Shown: positions 11,797-25,070, numbered from the stretch's first letter. The stretch is 64,000 bases of DNA from Octopus sinensis (GCF_006345805.1 NC_042998.1:37882001-37946000), one strand, 5' to 3'. Notes: generated by a model not told the origin, from the letters alone. Program-made: numbers and translations.

Positions 11797-12260
11797 AAAG
11801 GTGAGCTACAGCAAATATTCTGCTCAATACCACAGATATATGTGTCAGTTGTTTGACCATGACCAGTTGAGCATGTCCCTTAGTGGCTGACGATATGTGC
11901 ATCTCTAATCACGAGCAGAAGTAGTCGGGGAGCATCATAGCCATGTGTTGAGAAGGATTCTTTGGGGTTTGAATAATTCACCTCTGGAAACATGGGTGTT
12001 TCGTTCAACATCCTTAAACAATCCTTATTCAGGGACCTTTTGAGCGGGATGGGTTACTCGACCAGAATAAAATTGTAACTGGATCCCACCTGCAAGGTCA
12101 TGCGCTGTTTATCTTGATATGAGATCACCATGTTGCGCACATATGGTTGTGCTGCATGTGCCTGGTGTACCCTTATCAGATGGGTAGTCATGATGGGTAC
12201 TCTGGGCTTCGTATATTTTACCCCAGTGTCACTTTGATGGCATGCAGTGCTCTCTCACTC
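11797..12260. mobile_element. Unclassified ~464-bp element, copy 3
   Basis: Colinear with copies 1 and 2; separated from copy 2 by ~30 bp of AAT. Confidence 0.8.
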
Positions 12261-13639
12261 AATAATAATAATAATCGAAGCAGGAAAGTGTTGAACGTTA
12301 ATGAGAATTCTTGCCAAGAAATACAAGTTAGATTGCTACGGAATTTCAAATAATTAGAATTTAAAGAACAACGTGCAAAAATTGACTCGGTTCTTCGGCT
12401 GTTACTGTATCTAGAGCGAATATGTTTCTGTCAGTTCAAACCGTATTAGTTAAGCATAGTATAATTCACATTTTCCTTGTTGCTATAGAGACAGACTGTT
12501 TGATTGATAATTACATAACTATTCTGATAATCATTACGTTGGCAAGCTGCCTTTATTTACAAAATATGATGTATTCTTATGCACGTGTTTAGGCGTGCAT
12601 TTAAAATCATACAAAAATATTAGATTATATTTAATAAATTGCTATAGATTCCTTAATTTAATCCTAAACATTGAGATAAATATGAAAAATTACAGATAAT
12701 TAAGATCATCAATGATTAGAAAATTATTTGAATTCTAGCTACGTGGTTATATCGTTTATTAGATAGATATCTAAATAGACTTGCTGATGATAGACGTAGT
12801 TATAAAGTTTTAAAAAATATTGTACTGTGTAATATTTAGTGATTTACTTTCTTGTCTTAAGTAGATACATAAAAGGAAAGATGTTTATCCCCTCGGATAA
12901 ACATCTCGAATTACTAGTAAATGGGTTTCTAATTATGAAACTCGACTGGGCGTTTTGTATTTATTTCAATGCGTCGTCGGTCGCATGACAACGGTATTGT
13001 ACAAAGCCTAATTTCCGAACTCTCGTTTGGCCTTTAATTTTAATTTACTGACCGATTGTCTAAAGATTAATTATAAACAGTTTTGATATAAGGTAATCGG
13101 TGTCATGTTAATGGGAAACTTTTAGTGGCTTTCCTACATTGATTTACACAAAAATAAATGAAAAAACTATGGAACCTACTATATGTTAGAAATATACTTA
13201 TCAAAACTATTTCCTCGTGTGTAAATCTGTGTATGTATGTGTACGTGTACATGTCTGTGTATGTATGTCTGTGTATGTTTGTATGTTGGTGTGTGTGCGT
13301 ATGCATTTGTACGTTCCTGTCTAGAAGCCATGCAACGAAAGCGTTCTGGAAACACAGAATGGTTTTTCCAGCAACTTCAGTCTTTAAAAAATTGCTTGGG
13401 TTTGTTCCGAAAATATTGCCATCAACCCTTTTCTATTAACCGCATCACAATACAAATACCATCAACCGGCAATAGACTACACGGCGTATCATTTAATGCT
13501 GTCAAATCTCCTGAGAATCATGGTTTTGCCAACTTACGACAAACATGGCCAACTGACCTGGAAAATAAATAGCACGAATAACATGGAAGAACGCTTTTTG
13601 TAATGTAGTCTGAGGTAAACTGTGCCAACCTCATTGGTT

Positions 13640-13910
13640 AATTTGTTTCATTCATTGCAATGCAGCCATACTGGAGCATCACCTTCAAGGGTTAGTCGAA
13701 GAAATGAATCCCAGTTATCAATCGGTCGTGGGGAGAGACAAAGACAAATACAAAACGCACGCACATTACACATACATATATGTGTGTGTGTGTATGTATG
13801 TATATGCTTTGGTTGGCGCGAGGGAAGAGTAGAAGGCAGATACTCAAGGTGCCAAGAAAGGGACTGAACCGGAAACCACGTGTTTGCCAGGCGAACTTCT
13901 TTACCACACT
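13640..13910 (-). mobile_element. Degraded SINE family B
   Basis: Remnants gcagccatactggagcatcacc (tail) and caaggtgccaagaaagggactgaaccggaaaccacgtg (head), matching other family B copies. Confidence 0.55.
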
Positions 13911-15962
13911 AACAAAATGCGTTTATATTTGAGAATGCCCTTGATGATTGGAAGATCTACTGAATCAAGGGTTACAACGTACAAGATGGTGAAGCTCCCG
14001 GGAAAATATACACAGAAATTCATAAATAGTCCTTGTTATACTTCAAAAGTTTTTCATCAAAGAACTGTCCCATCACGCCTCATATAGATTTAGTGAGTGG
14101 ATGTTATCACCTTCATCAGAGTTATTATAGGCGATCAATATTTCAAGAATAACAGCCAAATCTCGATAGAATCAGAGTTCAATGTTGTTAGTGCAAGGAC
14201 CGCTATGATGTCAAGGTGTATAAATTGTATGAGAGAATCGGATTGTATATTTAATATAAAAAGAAAAAAAAACAACTGATTTCCTATTTGTAATTTACTC
14301 CAGTAGGAGAACATGCCAAGCGCTTTTGAAAGCGATGAACTTAAGCCTTCTTTGACTTTTGTGCAATACACCACTCCATTACATCAAGTCAATAATTCCT
14401 GCCGGTTGAAAGTCCCCATTCTGAACCTATCAAGCTATTTCCTTTCATCTTTTCTCCTCCGTATTCATTGCTCCGAACTCTCGCTCTGTCCTTCCCTCGC
14501 CATCTTTTTCCTTCTCTCGCACGGACCCTGTTGATTTTTAACATTATATTGCACTTTATGAAAAACTGTCCGCTTGCATTAATTGATATGCAGACCTTTT
14601 CGTGTTTTAGGCTGGATGACTTATCCATCGTTGTACAATGAGAAAATAGCGCTGTAACATTCATTAAAGACGTATATGGACAACGAGAAAGGAAGCGCTG
14701 AAAGAAAGGTAGATGAGGAAAGGTGTTTTCTAGATACATCGGGCTTGGCATTCACCAAGGAAAGGTGTGTCAGAAGATAGTGATTCAACAGTGCGGGTTG
14801 AAAAACTAGAAAACGTGTGGCCAGAACCTTCTGGAAAGAAACCATAGCGAAGGTCATTCCACAGTTAAATCGGAACAGCTAGGGAAAAAGATAGGCGTGA
14901 AAAAACCAAACACTAAGTAGCCGAAAGTAAACGATGCAGCTCGCTATAAGAAATTCGATGACGAGGTAACAAGAATGACCACCAGATTAGCAAAGTTGGC
15001 AGAGTGGTCATTCACTTGCTGACAATCGTTGACGCTGAATCGAAGAAACCAAAGAACAAAAGGCCAAACAAAAAAGAAAAAAAAAACACTCAGCACCAGA
15101 GTTAAAGACACCTCCGAAAGGGGGCGCTCCATCACTTTGAAAACAGTAGAGGAGTAGGAGCCGAAATCGAACGTGGTTCCTCTTGACGATGTCCTTAGCC
15201 ACTGGATCCTATAAAGGAGCTGTTAAGGTAGCGAATCACGAAATGTGGTTGGAATTCCTTCGAGAATTAAAGCTAGGGAAAAAGTGTGTCAGTTATTTAT
15301 GGAGTCGGACAGTCGTGACTTTGTACGATATCAGAAATATAGGTCATACCTAAATCTAGATTTGTTGCTGAAAATATATCACAAAAATATTTGTGTATGT
15401 GTTCAGTTCTGGGAATTGAACACAAGACCTTCATGTAGATGGGCCAATATGTCTAACCACTATACCGCTCGCTTTCACAATAATTAGCGATAATTTATCT
15501 TAATGTATTGAGAACAACTGTAGATAAGATATTTTAATTATTTGCTTATTCGCTGATAAATTGATATGAAGGATTTTATAAACAATACTTGAAAAATCCT
15601 GTCGTGAATGTAAACACACATACACTGAAGACGACTGCCTGATGGCTCCGGAGATATTCATAGAATTGTCTATCAAATAGTTTCAAGTCTAAATATTTCT
15701 TTGATTGTGGATATAAATAGCGTTGTGTGTTCAATGTGACATGAGCTTTGAAGATTCCATGAAGTGTATCGGAGCACGTCAGGTTTAGATCATCTGTGAA
15801 TCACCTTACGGCTTATATAGCGCGGATGCCTATATTCAGTTTGTGTGTCTGTGTGTAGGCGGGTGTCTGTCTGTGAGTGAGTGAGTGCAAACAAGGGTTA
15901 TGCATTGATATAAAATGTTCAGACACCAACTATATATATATGTAGATATACAAGCATGTACA

Positions 15963-15998
<36 letters not shown>

Positions 15999-16064
15999 CA
16001 AGCTGAAGGTGACCCGCTCTACGCGCGGGTAAGAGTGTGGTTGTTACTTTCTGTTGCTTCCTTT

Positions 16065-16372
16065 CAGCACGTAAAAAGCACCATCCGAACGTGGCCGATT
16101 GCAGCGCCGCCTTGACTTGCTTCTGTGCCGGTGGCACGTAAAAAGCACCAACCGATCGTTGCCGCAGCGAGCCCCCCTGGCACCTGTGCCGGCGGCACGA
16201 AAAAAGCACCCACTACAATCACGGAGTGGTTGGCGTTAGGAAGCTCATCCACCTGTAGAAACACTGACAGATCTGACTGGAGCCTGGTGCAGCCTCCTGG
16301 CTTCCCAGACCCCGGTCACACTGTCCAACCCGTGCTAGCACGGAAAACGGACGTTAAACGATGATGATGATG
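16065..16372 (+). mobile_element. SINE 3' part with internal gcacgtaaaaagcacc repeats and (GAT)n tail
   Basis: Three copies of the gcacg(t/a)aaaaagcacc unit, then ggttggcgttaggaag...tgctagcacggaaaacggacgttaaacgatgatgat, a retroposon-type 3' end. Confidence 0.65.
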
Positions 16373-17220
16373 ATTCTCCGTCTTTGTTTCTCTCTCCTTT
16401 CTCTCTCTCACTTTTCCCACTCTCTTACTTTTCTTTTCTCTCAAGACTCTCTCTCGCTTTCTCTCTACTCTCTATCTTTATATCTATCTCTCTCCCATTA
16501 TAAACAACAGAAGACTGAGTAAGTTGAGAAATAAAATATTTAGAAAGATCAATCATAAATATCAGGCAGGGCAACGGAAAGGTCTGCTTCAAGCGATAGC
16601 AAAACGCTAACATTTAAAGGGACAGACGAACTTGCGAGCTGAATAAAAAAATAAAATATTGGAACACAAAGTTTGAAGGGATAGATCTGAGGATAGTCGA
16701 GTCACCATGGCTGGCATTTCTTAACGACGGACAGCAAACGTATGACAGTTAACGACTGGCGTAAAATTTTTAACTTGATGTAAAAGAAAATTCCTAAACA
16801 CCCATTTTTTGAAGTGATTCTTTCTCACGACAGTAGACTCACCATGGCAAGCATTCAAACTTCTTTATCATGGACGGCAACACATTGACGATTAAAAGGC
16901 TGGCGCAAATTTTTTAGCTTGATGTAACAGAGAATTCCTAAACACCCGCTCCTTGAAAATTTTAATCCCCTTCCAGCCCCATTTAGACCCCTTTTCACAT
17001 TTGGTTAATAAACCCGATTATTCGGGTCTACTGGGGCCACATTATATAAGATGAGGAATTTGTCCTAGAGGTCACGCTTTCATTTGAGGAAAAAAATAGT
17101 TGTCATGCAAATTTGCCAGCACTTTTAACATAGGTGTGCATATTTTCAGCTGAATCGACCGACTACGAATGCACACATTATATATGTATATATATATATA
17201 TTATATATATGTATATATAA

Positions 17221-18225
17221 TAATTAATCAATATAGGGTGGCAAAAAATTTTGTAGAATTTTTTTGCCACCAGCGGCCTAGTGGGAAAAAATTAAATAGT
17301 CATAGACCTTTTAAGTTCAACATAACAATCAAGGAACGGCCAAATAGGCCATTCACCCACTAGAAATAACAGCCAAAGCTTCAACCGCAAATAAAAATCA
17401 ATTCCGTAAAACCAGGAGAAAATTTTAAAAACATTTACCCTGTAATTTCTTATACGATGCACGTTTCATCTGCTGTTTAATGGTAAACTAACCTGATTAA
17501 ATAATCAAGCCAATCTTAATAGGCCCTCAGATTGTCAGTAAGAAATAGCCAAGTCGGAACAGATATTTTCACGAGGCATTTCCGACCCTGCCAAGGCAAT
17601 ATCTGACCTAAAATTTTCAAATCATCGCACTCGCGCCAAATTTATCGCAGAAAATAAATATAAGCCGTCGATTCCATACGGAATTAACCAGAAAATTCAT
17701 AATTAATCAATATAGGGTGGCAAAAAAAATTTTGTAGAATTTTGCTGCCACCAGAGGCCTAGTGGGAAAAAATTAAATAGTCATAGACCCATTTTTAAGT
17801 TCAACATTAACAATCAAGGACACGGCCATGATAGGCCATTCACCCACTAGAAATAACAGCCAAAGCTTAAACCGCAAATAAAAAATCAATTCCGTAAACC
17901 AGAGAGAAAATTTAAAAAACATTACCCTGTAATTTCTTATACGATGCCACCGTTTCATCTGCGTTTATGGTAAAACTAACCTGATTAAATTAAATCAAGC
18001 CAATCTTCCATAGGCCCTCAGATTCTTCAGTAAGAAATAGCCAAGTCGGAACAGATATTTTCACGAGGCATTTCCGACCCTGCCAAGGCAATATCTGACC
18101 TAAAATTTTCAAATCATCGCACTCGCCAAATTATCGGCAGCAAATAAATATAAGCCGTCGATTCCTTACGAATTAACCAGAAAATTCATATTAATCATAT
18201 AGGGTGGCAAAAAAATTTGTAGAAA
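17221..18225. repeat. Tandem repeat, ~480-bp unit (two units plus start of a third)
   Basis: Unit start taattaatcaatatagggtggcaaaaaa recurs at 17221, 17700 and ~18189. Units differ largely by small indels. Confidence 0.92.
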
Positions 18226-18359
18226 AAGAGAGGAAATAGCGAGAGTGAGTTTAGGAAGATACATTAAATAACGGGAGTGGATTTGTCAAAGTTATATATG
18301 AAGGGGAGTGGGAGGGTAATGGAGAAATAGCGTGATGTGAGAAGATGGCCCCTAGCAAC

Positions 18360-18511
18360 CACACCTTTTAAGATACGGATTTTCTAAGGTAGCCACGGGC
18401 ATCGTCACCTCATTCTACATGTCCCGTAAATTTTGGAGCGAAATCGGACGGGATGTAGTGGCATTGAAGCGATCCAAGCGGTAAAAACGCATTTTCAGTT
18501 TTATATATAGA
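18360..18511 (-). mobile_element. Possible non-autonomous Helitron 5' end
   Basis: Minus strand begins tctatatataaaactg, a TC-start typical of Helitron-N elements. No matching 3' end located. Confidence 0.3.
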
Positions 18512-18526
18512 GATATATACAACACC

Positions 18527-18530
18527 AAAA

Positions 18531-18562
<32 letters not shown>

Positions 18563-18563
18563 C

Positions 18564-18594
<31 letters not shown>

Positions 18595-18965
18595 ATATAT
18601 ACATATAACATATATACATATATATACTATACATATATACATATATATATATACATATATTATATATATATATATATACATATATTACATATATTATATA
18701 TATAATATATACATATATATATATATTACATATATAATATATATATATACATAAATACATATATATATACAAATATATACATATATATATATATATACAT
18801 ATATACATATATATATACATATTGCATATATATATACACATATCTACCATATATACAAAGATATATACATATATATATATATACATATATATACATATAT
18901 ACTATATATACATATATACATATATACATATATATACATATATACATTATATTATATATATATAA
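18527..18965. repeat. Degenerate (TA)n/(TATACA) low-complexity tract
   Basis: Directly visible; source of the spurious YI-rich ORFs. Confidence 0.95.
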
Positions 18966-19088
18966 TCATAGAAAATGAAGAGCGTGAATAAAAGTTTACG
19001 TCCAGATGTTTTTATTTAGAAACATTCGAATTCATACATAGAATTTCCTACTTACAGTTCCTAGACTAATTAAATGAAATTGAATTAT

Positions 19089-19129
<41 letters not shown>

Positions 19130-19297
19130 CACACACACATATATATACTGCCGTGTAACTAACGGACAGAGTCAGGACTATTTAAAAGTTTAGGAAAATA
19201 AAAATAAGTGGAAATTTTACCGGTGAGTGTGTTACATTATAAGGCACAAAACGAATATGACTCTCTCCAGACACAACAGTATATATATATATATATA

Positions 19298-19490
19298 GGG
19301 TGAGTTTACGAAAAAAACAAAAGACGAAGACTGGTGGTGTACAAACCAAACAGATGTATTAATATAACGCTCAGGAATAGAAAAAATCTTTTACGTTTCG
19401 AGCCTACGCTCTTCTACAGAAAGGCACACAGAAAAAACAAGGAGAGAAAAAAAATGTGTGTAGTAGCTAACGATCTATCATGGCGACTAA

Positions 19491-19492
<2 letters not shown>
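19298..19492 (-). mobile_element. ~190-bp Penelope pLTR-like short element with minimal hammerhead-like core, in (TA)n
   Basis: Minus strand 19388-19423 reads cttt-CTGTAGA-agagcgtaggctc-GAAAC-GTA-aaag. Homologous to 28503-28693. Confidence 0.6.
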
Positions 19493-19546
<54 letters not shown>

Positions 19547-21103
19547 CCATATACACACATGATTATACGCATGTACATATGTACATATACTCACACATGC
19601 CTATATTCATATCCCCACATATTCATACATATACAAGCTCAGAAGTATAAAAGTGTGCATGAAATTGTATAGATTTTATGCAAATGTATACGTATACGCC
19701 TGAGAAATATAAGTGTACACATCTTCGTGCCGTAACGCATGAACTGCAGATAAATAAAATAGGAAAATAAACGGAAGGACAAAAACAGCAAACTGTTAAC
19801 ATCCCAGAATTCTGAGCTCCAAATCTGTAGATGTGCATGGAGTTAAACGGATGGATGTATTCACCAAATTCATTAATATAAGAGAGCATTAAACATTATG
19901 CAAATATATAGGCAATACATACAACCACATACATACACGCGCATATACGGAGGACATTGAAATAAAGTGACGAATAAGTAAATATAGAGGATATTTGGTA
20001 AATATTTACGAACAAGTGGGGAATCGGTTAAAATATGTTGAATATAGTTAAATTACAACGGTCAACATTATAGCCGTATAAAACCATGAAAGTAGAAAAT
20101 GATATACGTAAAATAAAATTGGAAAAACGTCGTAAATCAATCAATGCAAATATAAATAAATAGATAAATAAATAAATGACGAGCCGATGTATAAGAAATC
20201 AATATATATTTGAAATACAGACTTAGTGTTATAAGTAGCAATTCCCTTGGAAATTTCACGAATATTTGAAAACTATAAGATCGCTACAAGTTTATGGATA
20301 ACCATGAAATTCATATTTTGTGAACTTGCATTTTTTCTTTTTCTTTTTTCGTCTTCGAAAGCGTTCGATTGAAATGGTGTGAAGTCGACATAGATAGTAT
20401 GAAAACGCAGTCTTAGGAGAGAACGGCTTTGGAAACTATATTTATGGTTATCCACTTCTCATCCATTTTGTCATGAGCACTTTTTACTATTATCTTCATA
20501 ATTATATCAATAACCGGACCTGGTTTAGGAAGTGTTACATGGAAGTGTCCATAAGAAAATGCCGCTTCGTTTCTCTTCGCCATTCTTTTGTGAGAATGCT
20601 ACTAAAATTTTTGAAAGAATATCCCATATAGCAACTAACTTAAGCAATCTGAACTGTCAGACAAAATTGAAGATATAATTCATTTATAGTGTATTTAGAA
20701 TATTAGTTACGTTGCCACAACATTGGTAGTTTTAACAAATCCTAATTTGCTGTACTGCGTCGCTATTTGCATATTACAGATGAGAGTATATCCTCGGTGG
20801 ACGAGGCGCGCGCTCACACACAGACACACAACACATGTAAACACACATGCGCACACTGCTCGCAATAAAATACTTATTCCCTCGTCGAGTAATCTTCATT
20901 TTATGCAAATCGTGTATATATTAGCGAATATATATCTCTCCAGGTTCGCCACAGAGTTCATTATGTGTAAGAATATGAGTACGCATGAGTCTCCGTGTAT
21001 AATGACATATGTGTATGGTAAAGAAACATGTTTAGCGAGCGGCATTTGGGTTCGAATCATTGAAATTGGAATAAGGAGGGCTGATTCTCGATGTTCCAGA
21101 GAC

Positions 21104-21139
<36 letters not shown>

Positions 21140-21202
21140 TGAGAGAGCAGGGGAACGCAGGTAAATCATGCAAGCTAAAGTTTATAGGAATTCCGTATAG
21201 AT

Positions 21203-21405
21203 GGCGTAGGAGTGGCTGTGTGGCAAGTAGCGTGCTTACCAACCACATGGTTCTGGGTTCAGTCCCACTGCGTGGCACCTTGGGTAAGTGTCTTCTACTA
21301 TAGCCTCGGGTCAACCAAAGCCTTGTGAGTGGATTTGGTAGACGGAAACTGAAAGGAGCCCGTCGTATATATGAATATATATATATATATATATATAAAA
21401 TATAT

Positions 21406-21458
<53 letters not shown>

Positions 21459-21656
21459 TGTGTTTGTACCCCCAACATCACTTGACAACCGATGCTGGTG
21501 TGCTTACGTCCCCGTATCTTAGCGGTTCGGCAAAAGAGACCGATAGAATAAGTACTAACTAGGCTTACAAAGAATAAGTCCTGGGGTCGATTTGCTCGAC
21601 TAAAGGCGGTGATCCAGCATGGCCACAGTCAAATAATTGAAACACGTAAAAAGAGT
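21203..21656 (+). mobile_element. Full-length tRNA-derived SINE family B with internal (TA)n(TG)n
   Basis: Head ggcgtaggagtggctgtgtgg...gggttcagtcccac, body gccttgtgagtggatttggtagacggaaactgaaag, internal microsatellite, tail ggcggtgatccagcatggccacagtc. Confidence 0.88.
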
Positions 21657-21910
21657 ATGGGTAAATATCCTAATCGTTTATACTCTAATATCACGGATCA
21701 ACCACTCTGCCAGAATATCTTTTGTTTTATTATAATATTAGAATCTTTATTAGAGCCACGGTACATTACCTGTAGGTATCCTTTGGTCACCTGGAATTCG
21801 TCTCCCTCCATTTGACATTTGCTGTTAGCTATTTGGTCTGGTCTGAGCACTAATTGCTTGTGTTTATTATACAGTTTTTGACGTATTGTTACTCATTAGA
21901 ATTTGATATG

Positions 21911-21988
<78 letters not shown>

Positions 21989-22375
21989 CGTGTGCGCTTG
22001 CATACCTGTATAGGCGATCATCTAGGTAAACGAATGCTGAATACGCCTGCACGAATGAAAGCTAGAATGTGAATATATTAGACTTGATTATTTATGACTT
22101 TGTAACTCAAATATGATCCATTTTCTATTTTCACTCCCTCTCTTGCTCTCTGTCGCCATTCTCTTTCTCTCGCCCCCCTCGCTCATCGTCTTTCATTACA
22201 TACATTGAGTATCTATGGTTTTCTGTTTGGTTATACACATATAGTATATATATATATATAGTTTGTATTTGTATTTTGGTTTGCAAGATTAACTGATATA
22301 CACATAATATATATATGTATATTAACTTATATTCAGATGCATATACACGCAAATACACGCACACACGTGCTCGCG

Positions 22376-22411
<36 letters not shown>

Positions 22412-23069
22412 TATATATGTATGAGTGTATAGTGAATGCAAAACCCGATAGATAACGTTATTTTGATATATACCAATTCGATTTCTAGAAATTTTTCACT
22501 TGAAAACGATTGTTAGTTAGACGGATCAACATTTATATGAAAATAAAATTGTTGATAAAAATATAGGCGATGGGTTTAATAGTCTAAAAACCAATAACGG
22601 CACTATGATAAATCTTCTTTAAAAAAAATTGAGAAATAATTTCAAGACTGATAACAGCTGCCACGAGAATGACTAGAACGCGGGAAGAATGTACTGAAGA
22701 ACTCCAAAATATGAATATGACAATGAAGATATATTTGAATTTAATCAGGTTTAACAATGGAAGAGTGACAGAGAGTAATGCAGGAATAATGACAACAAAC
22801 GCGAGAACAACAATAATATCGACATTAACAAGAGAATTGGAAGTGACGAGTTTCTTTAAATTCTTGTTTGCAACTAAAAATGAAGGCATCAGCATTTGCG
22901 AAATAAAACGAAATTTAGCGATAAAAGCGATAAACTAAAAACAAAGTAAACTTTAAAAGTGTTGCTATTGTATAGAGGGCATTTTTCTGTTCTTATATAC
23001 ATACACGTACGCTCATACAGGCACTAAAACTCCGCCCCCATATATATATATATAATTTTTATTAAAATT

Positions 23070-23178
23070 ATCTAAGAGATACCGCCATGCTGAAAATAGC
23101 AGCCAAGATACGACTCTAAAACCACATTAAATGTGGGTTTAGAGTCAGATCTTAGCTGCATGGCGATATCTCTTAGAT
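23070..23178. repeat. Imperfect fold-back palindrome between (TA)n tracts
   Basis: atctaagagata...ctaaaaccacatt / aatgtgggtttagag...tatctcttagat; ~50-bp arms, essentially no loop. Confidence 0.85.
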
Positions 23179-23206
23179 ACCCTAAATTTTAGCGATCTTG
23201 TCCTTT

Positions 23207-23261
<55 letters not shown>

Positions 23262-23262
<1 letters not shown>

Positions 23263-23783
23263 CTACAGGGAGAGGCTGAAAGAACGACTTAACTCTGGAG
23301 ATATATAATAATCTACATATTCTACATATGGAAAACTCTAGAAGAGTTGGTACTTAATTTCGGCACTGAATATTATACAAATGCCAGAAGTGGACGCCAA
23401 AGCTCCCACCCCATCAATGAAAATTCAAGACAAGGTACTTCAATGGCCTACGGTTCAAAGGCCCACAACTTTTCAATGCCATGGCCACAAGACTAAAGAA
23501 ACCTACATAATGCGGGCGTAGATTTTTTCAAGGCAGCCTCGTCACAATACCGGATGAACCAATAGCCCAGCATGAGGTAAAGATAAGGGCAGTGGAGTCA
23601 AACACCTTCATACACCAAATGGGCCAACAGCTGGGACAGAGGCTCATAGAAGAGCGCTGATGTGAAACCTCGCTACGTTGTGGAAGTCAGCCAAAGGATA
23701 ATCATAAGTATTGAAGCAAAATCACGGTGATGCTCCAACATGACCGCAGCCACATACCTGAAACAAATAGAAGAATAAAAGAA

Positions 23784-23785
<2 letters not shown>
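23262..23785 (+). mobile_element. 3' fragment of a CR1/L2-group-like LINE
   Basis: Frames give YRERLKE, FYIWKTLEELVLNFGTEYYTNARSGR, GLRFKGPQLFNA and IPDEPIAQHEVKIRAVESNTFIHQM, a post-RT C-terminus, followed by a 3' tail. Confidence 0.6.
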
Positions 23786-23826
<41 letters not shown>

Positions 23827-25029
23827 GAAGACAAGTGGGATTCAAAATTCACATCAGCATTTTATGGAATTTACTGATACATCCCTAGATTGTATTAGGG
23901 ACAAAATCCGCCATTAGGGTAAAGATAGATGACGGTCAGTTCATCAACTATAATGTTGAATCAAAACAGCGTAGAGAGACGTGAGATGGCTTAACATGAT
24001 CTACGATACTCAGCACTCATAAAACCATCAGAGTTGCTAGATACTTAGTGTGAATCAGTCTAGAAGCATCGGAAGGACGTACACAGAATCGTCTATCAGT
24101 TCTGCTGGTAGACTTTTGCTCTTGGTGCAACTGTCTTTCTTATTACAGAGGAAATAAATAAAATACGCCATGTTCGTGAGAGATTTAGCCTTAATAAGTA
24201 GCCGCTTAGCACGGATTAAACTGTTTTCTGCGGGTATTAATTGGACGCTCCTTATTTCATATGACTTGTATCGATTGTCCCCCTGCTAAAACAATTCTGA
24301 TCATCCATTCAGGTGCATGAATTTCTTGGCCGGTAACCATCATCGATTTCTGGACTCATAATCGAAAAATGTTATGAATCCGTTGAGTAATTACTGCGTG
24401 ATTATTAATAATCCGAACATTTAGAATGCTGTTCTTTTTCTCTTTGATACTGTTGACACTTTCGTTCGAGAGTCTTCCATTTCTATCCAAACTTTATGTA
24501 CAAAAGGTAATCTGATACGTAACAAATTCTAAATCACCGAGTTCTGTAAATACGGCAACAATGACTGCTTTTGATTTTCAATATTTTCTGTGAACTTCTC
24601 TTTATATCCTCTCTCTTTTTCTTTCTCTCTCTCCCACTCTCACTATCTATCTTAAAATCACAAACACACACATGCACACGCACACACATTCAAACTATCA
24701 TATGCATACGCATACATAACTACACGCTTTATATATACATAGAAGGCCAATGTACAAATCTATATGCAGCAATCTATATTTATATAATCATGTCTCCATT
24801 CTTATTTCATATATGTATCTGTCCTCAAGTACAGGTACACACACACACTCGCATACACTCGTACACACACAAACACACATAACTTAGAAAATATAATCAT
24901 TTCTAATAAATAATCAGCAATTCAAAATAACTTCAACAAATTTACTTCTAAATAATAAAACGACTATTCGCAATTCTCATACTAAATATAATATGCAGGA
25001 ACACATACAGCTATGCTGTGCATACAGTG

Positions 25030-25070
<41 letters not shown>

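Noticed and set aside
13900-15240. GC-richer island with several short ORFs as a gene or promoter
   Set aside because: No motif recognised and all frames have frequent stops. Possibly an old retroelement relic, but not supportable.
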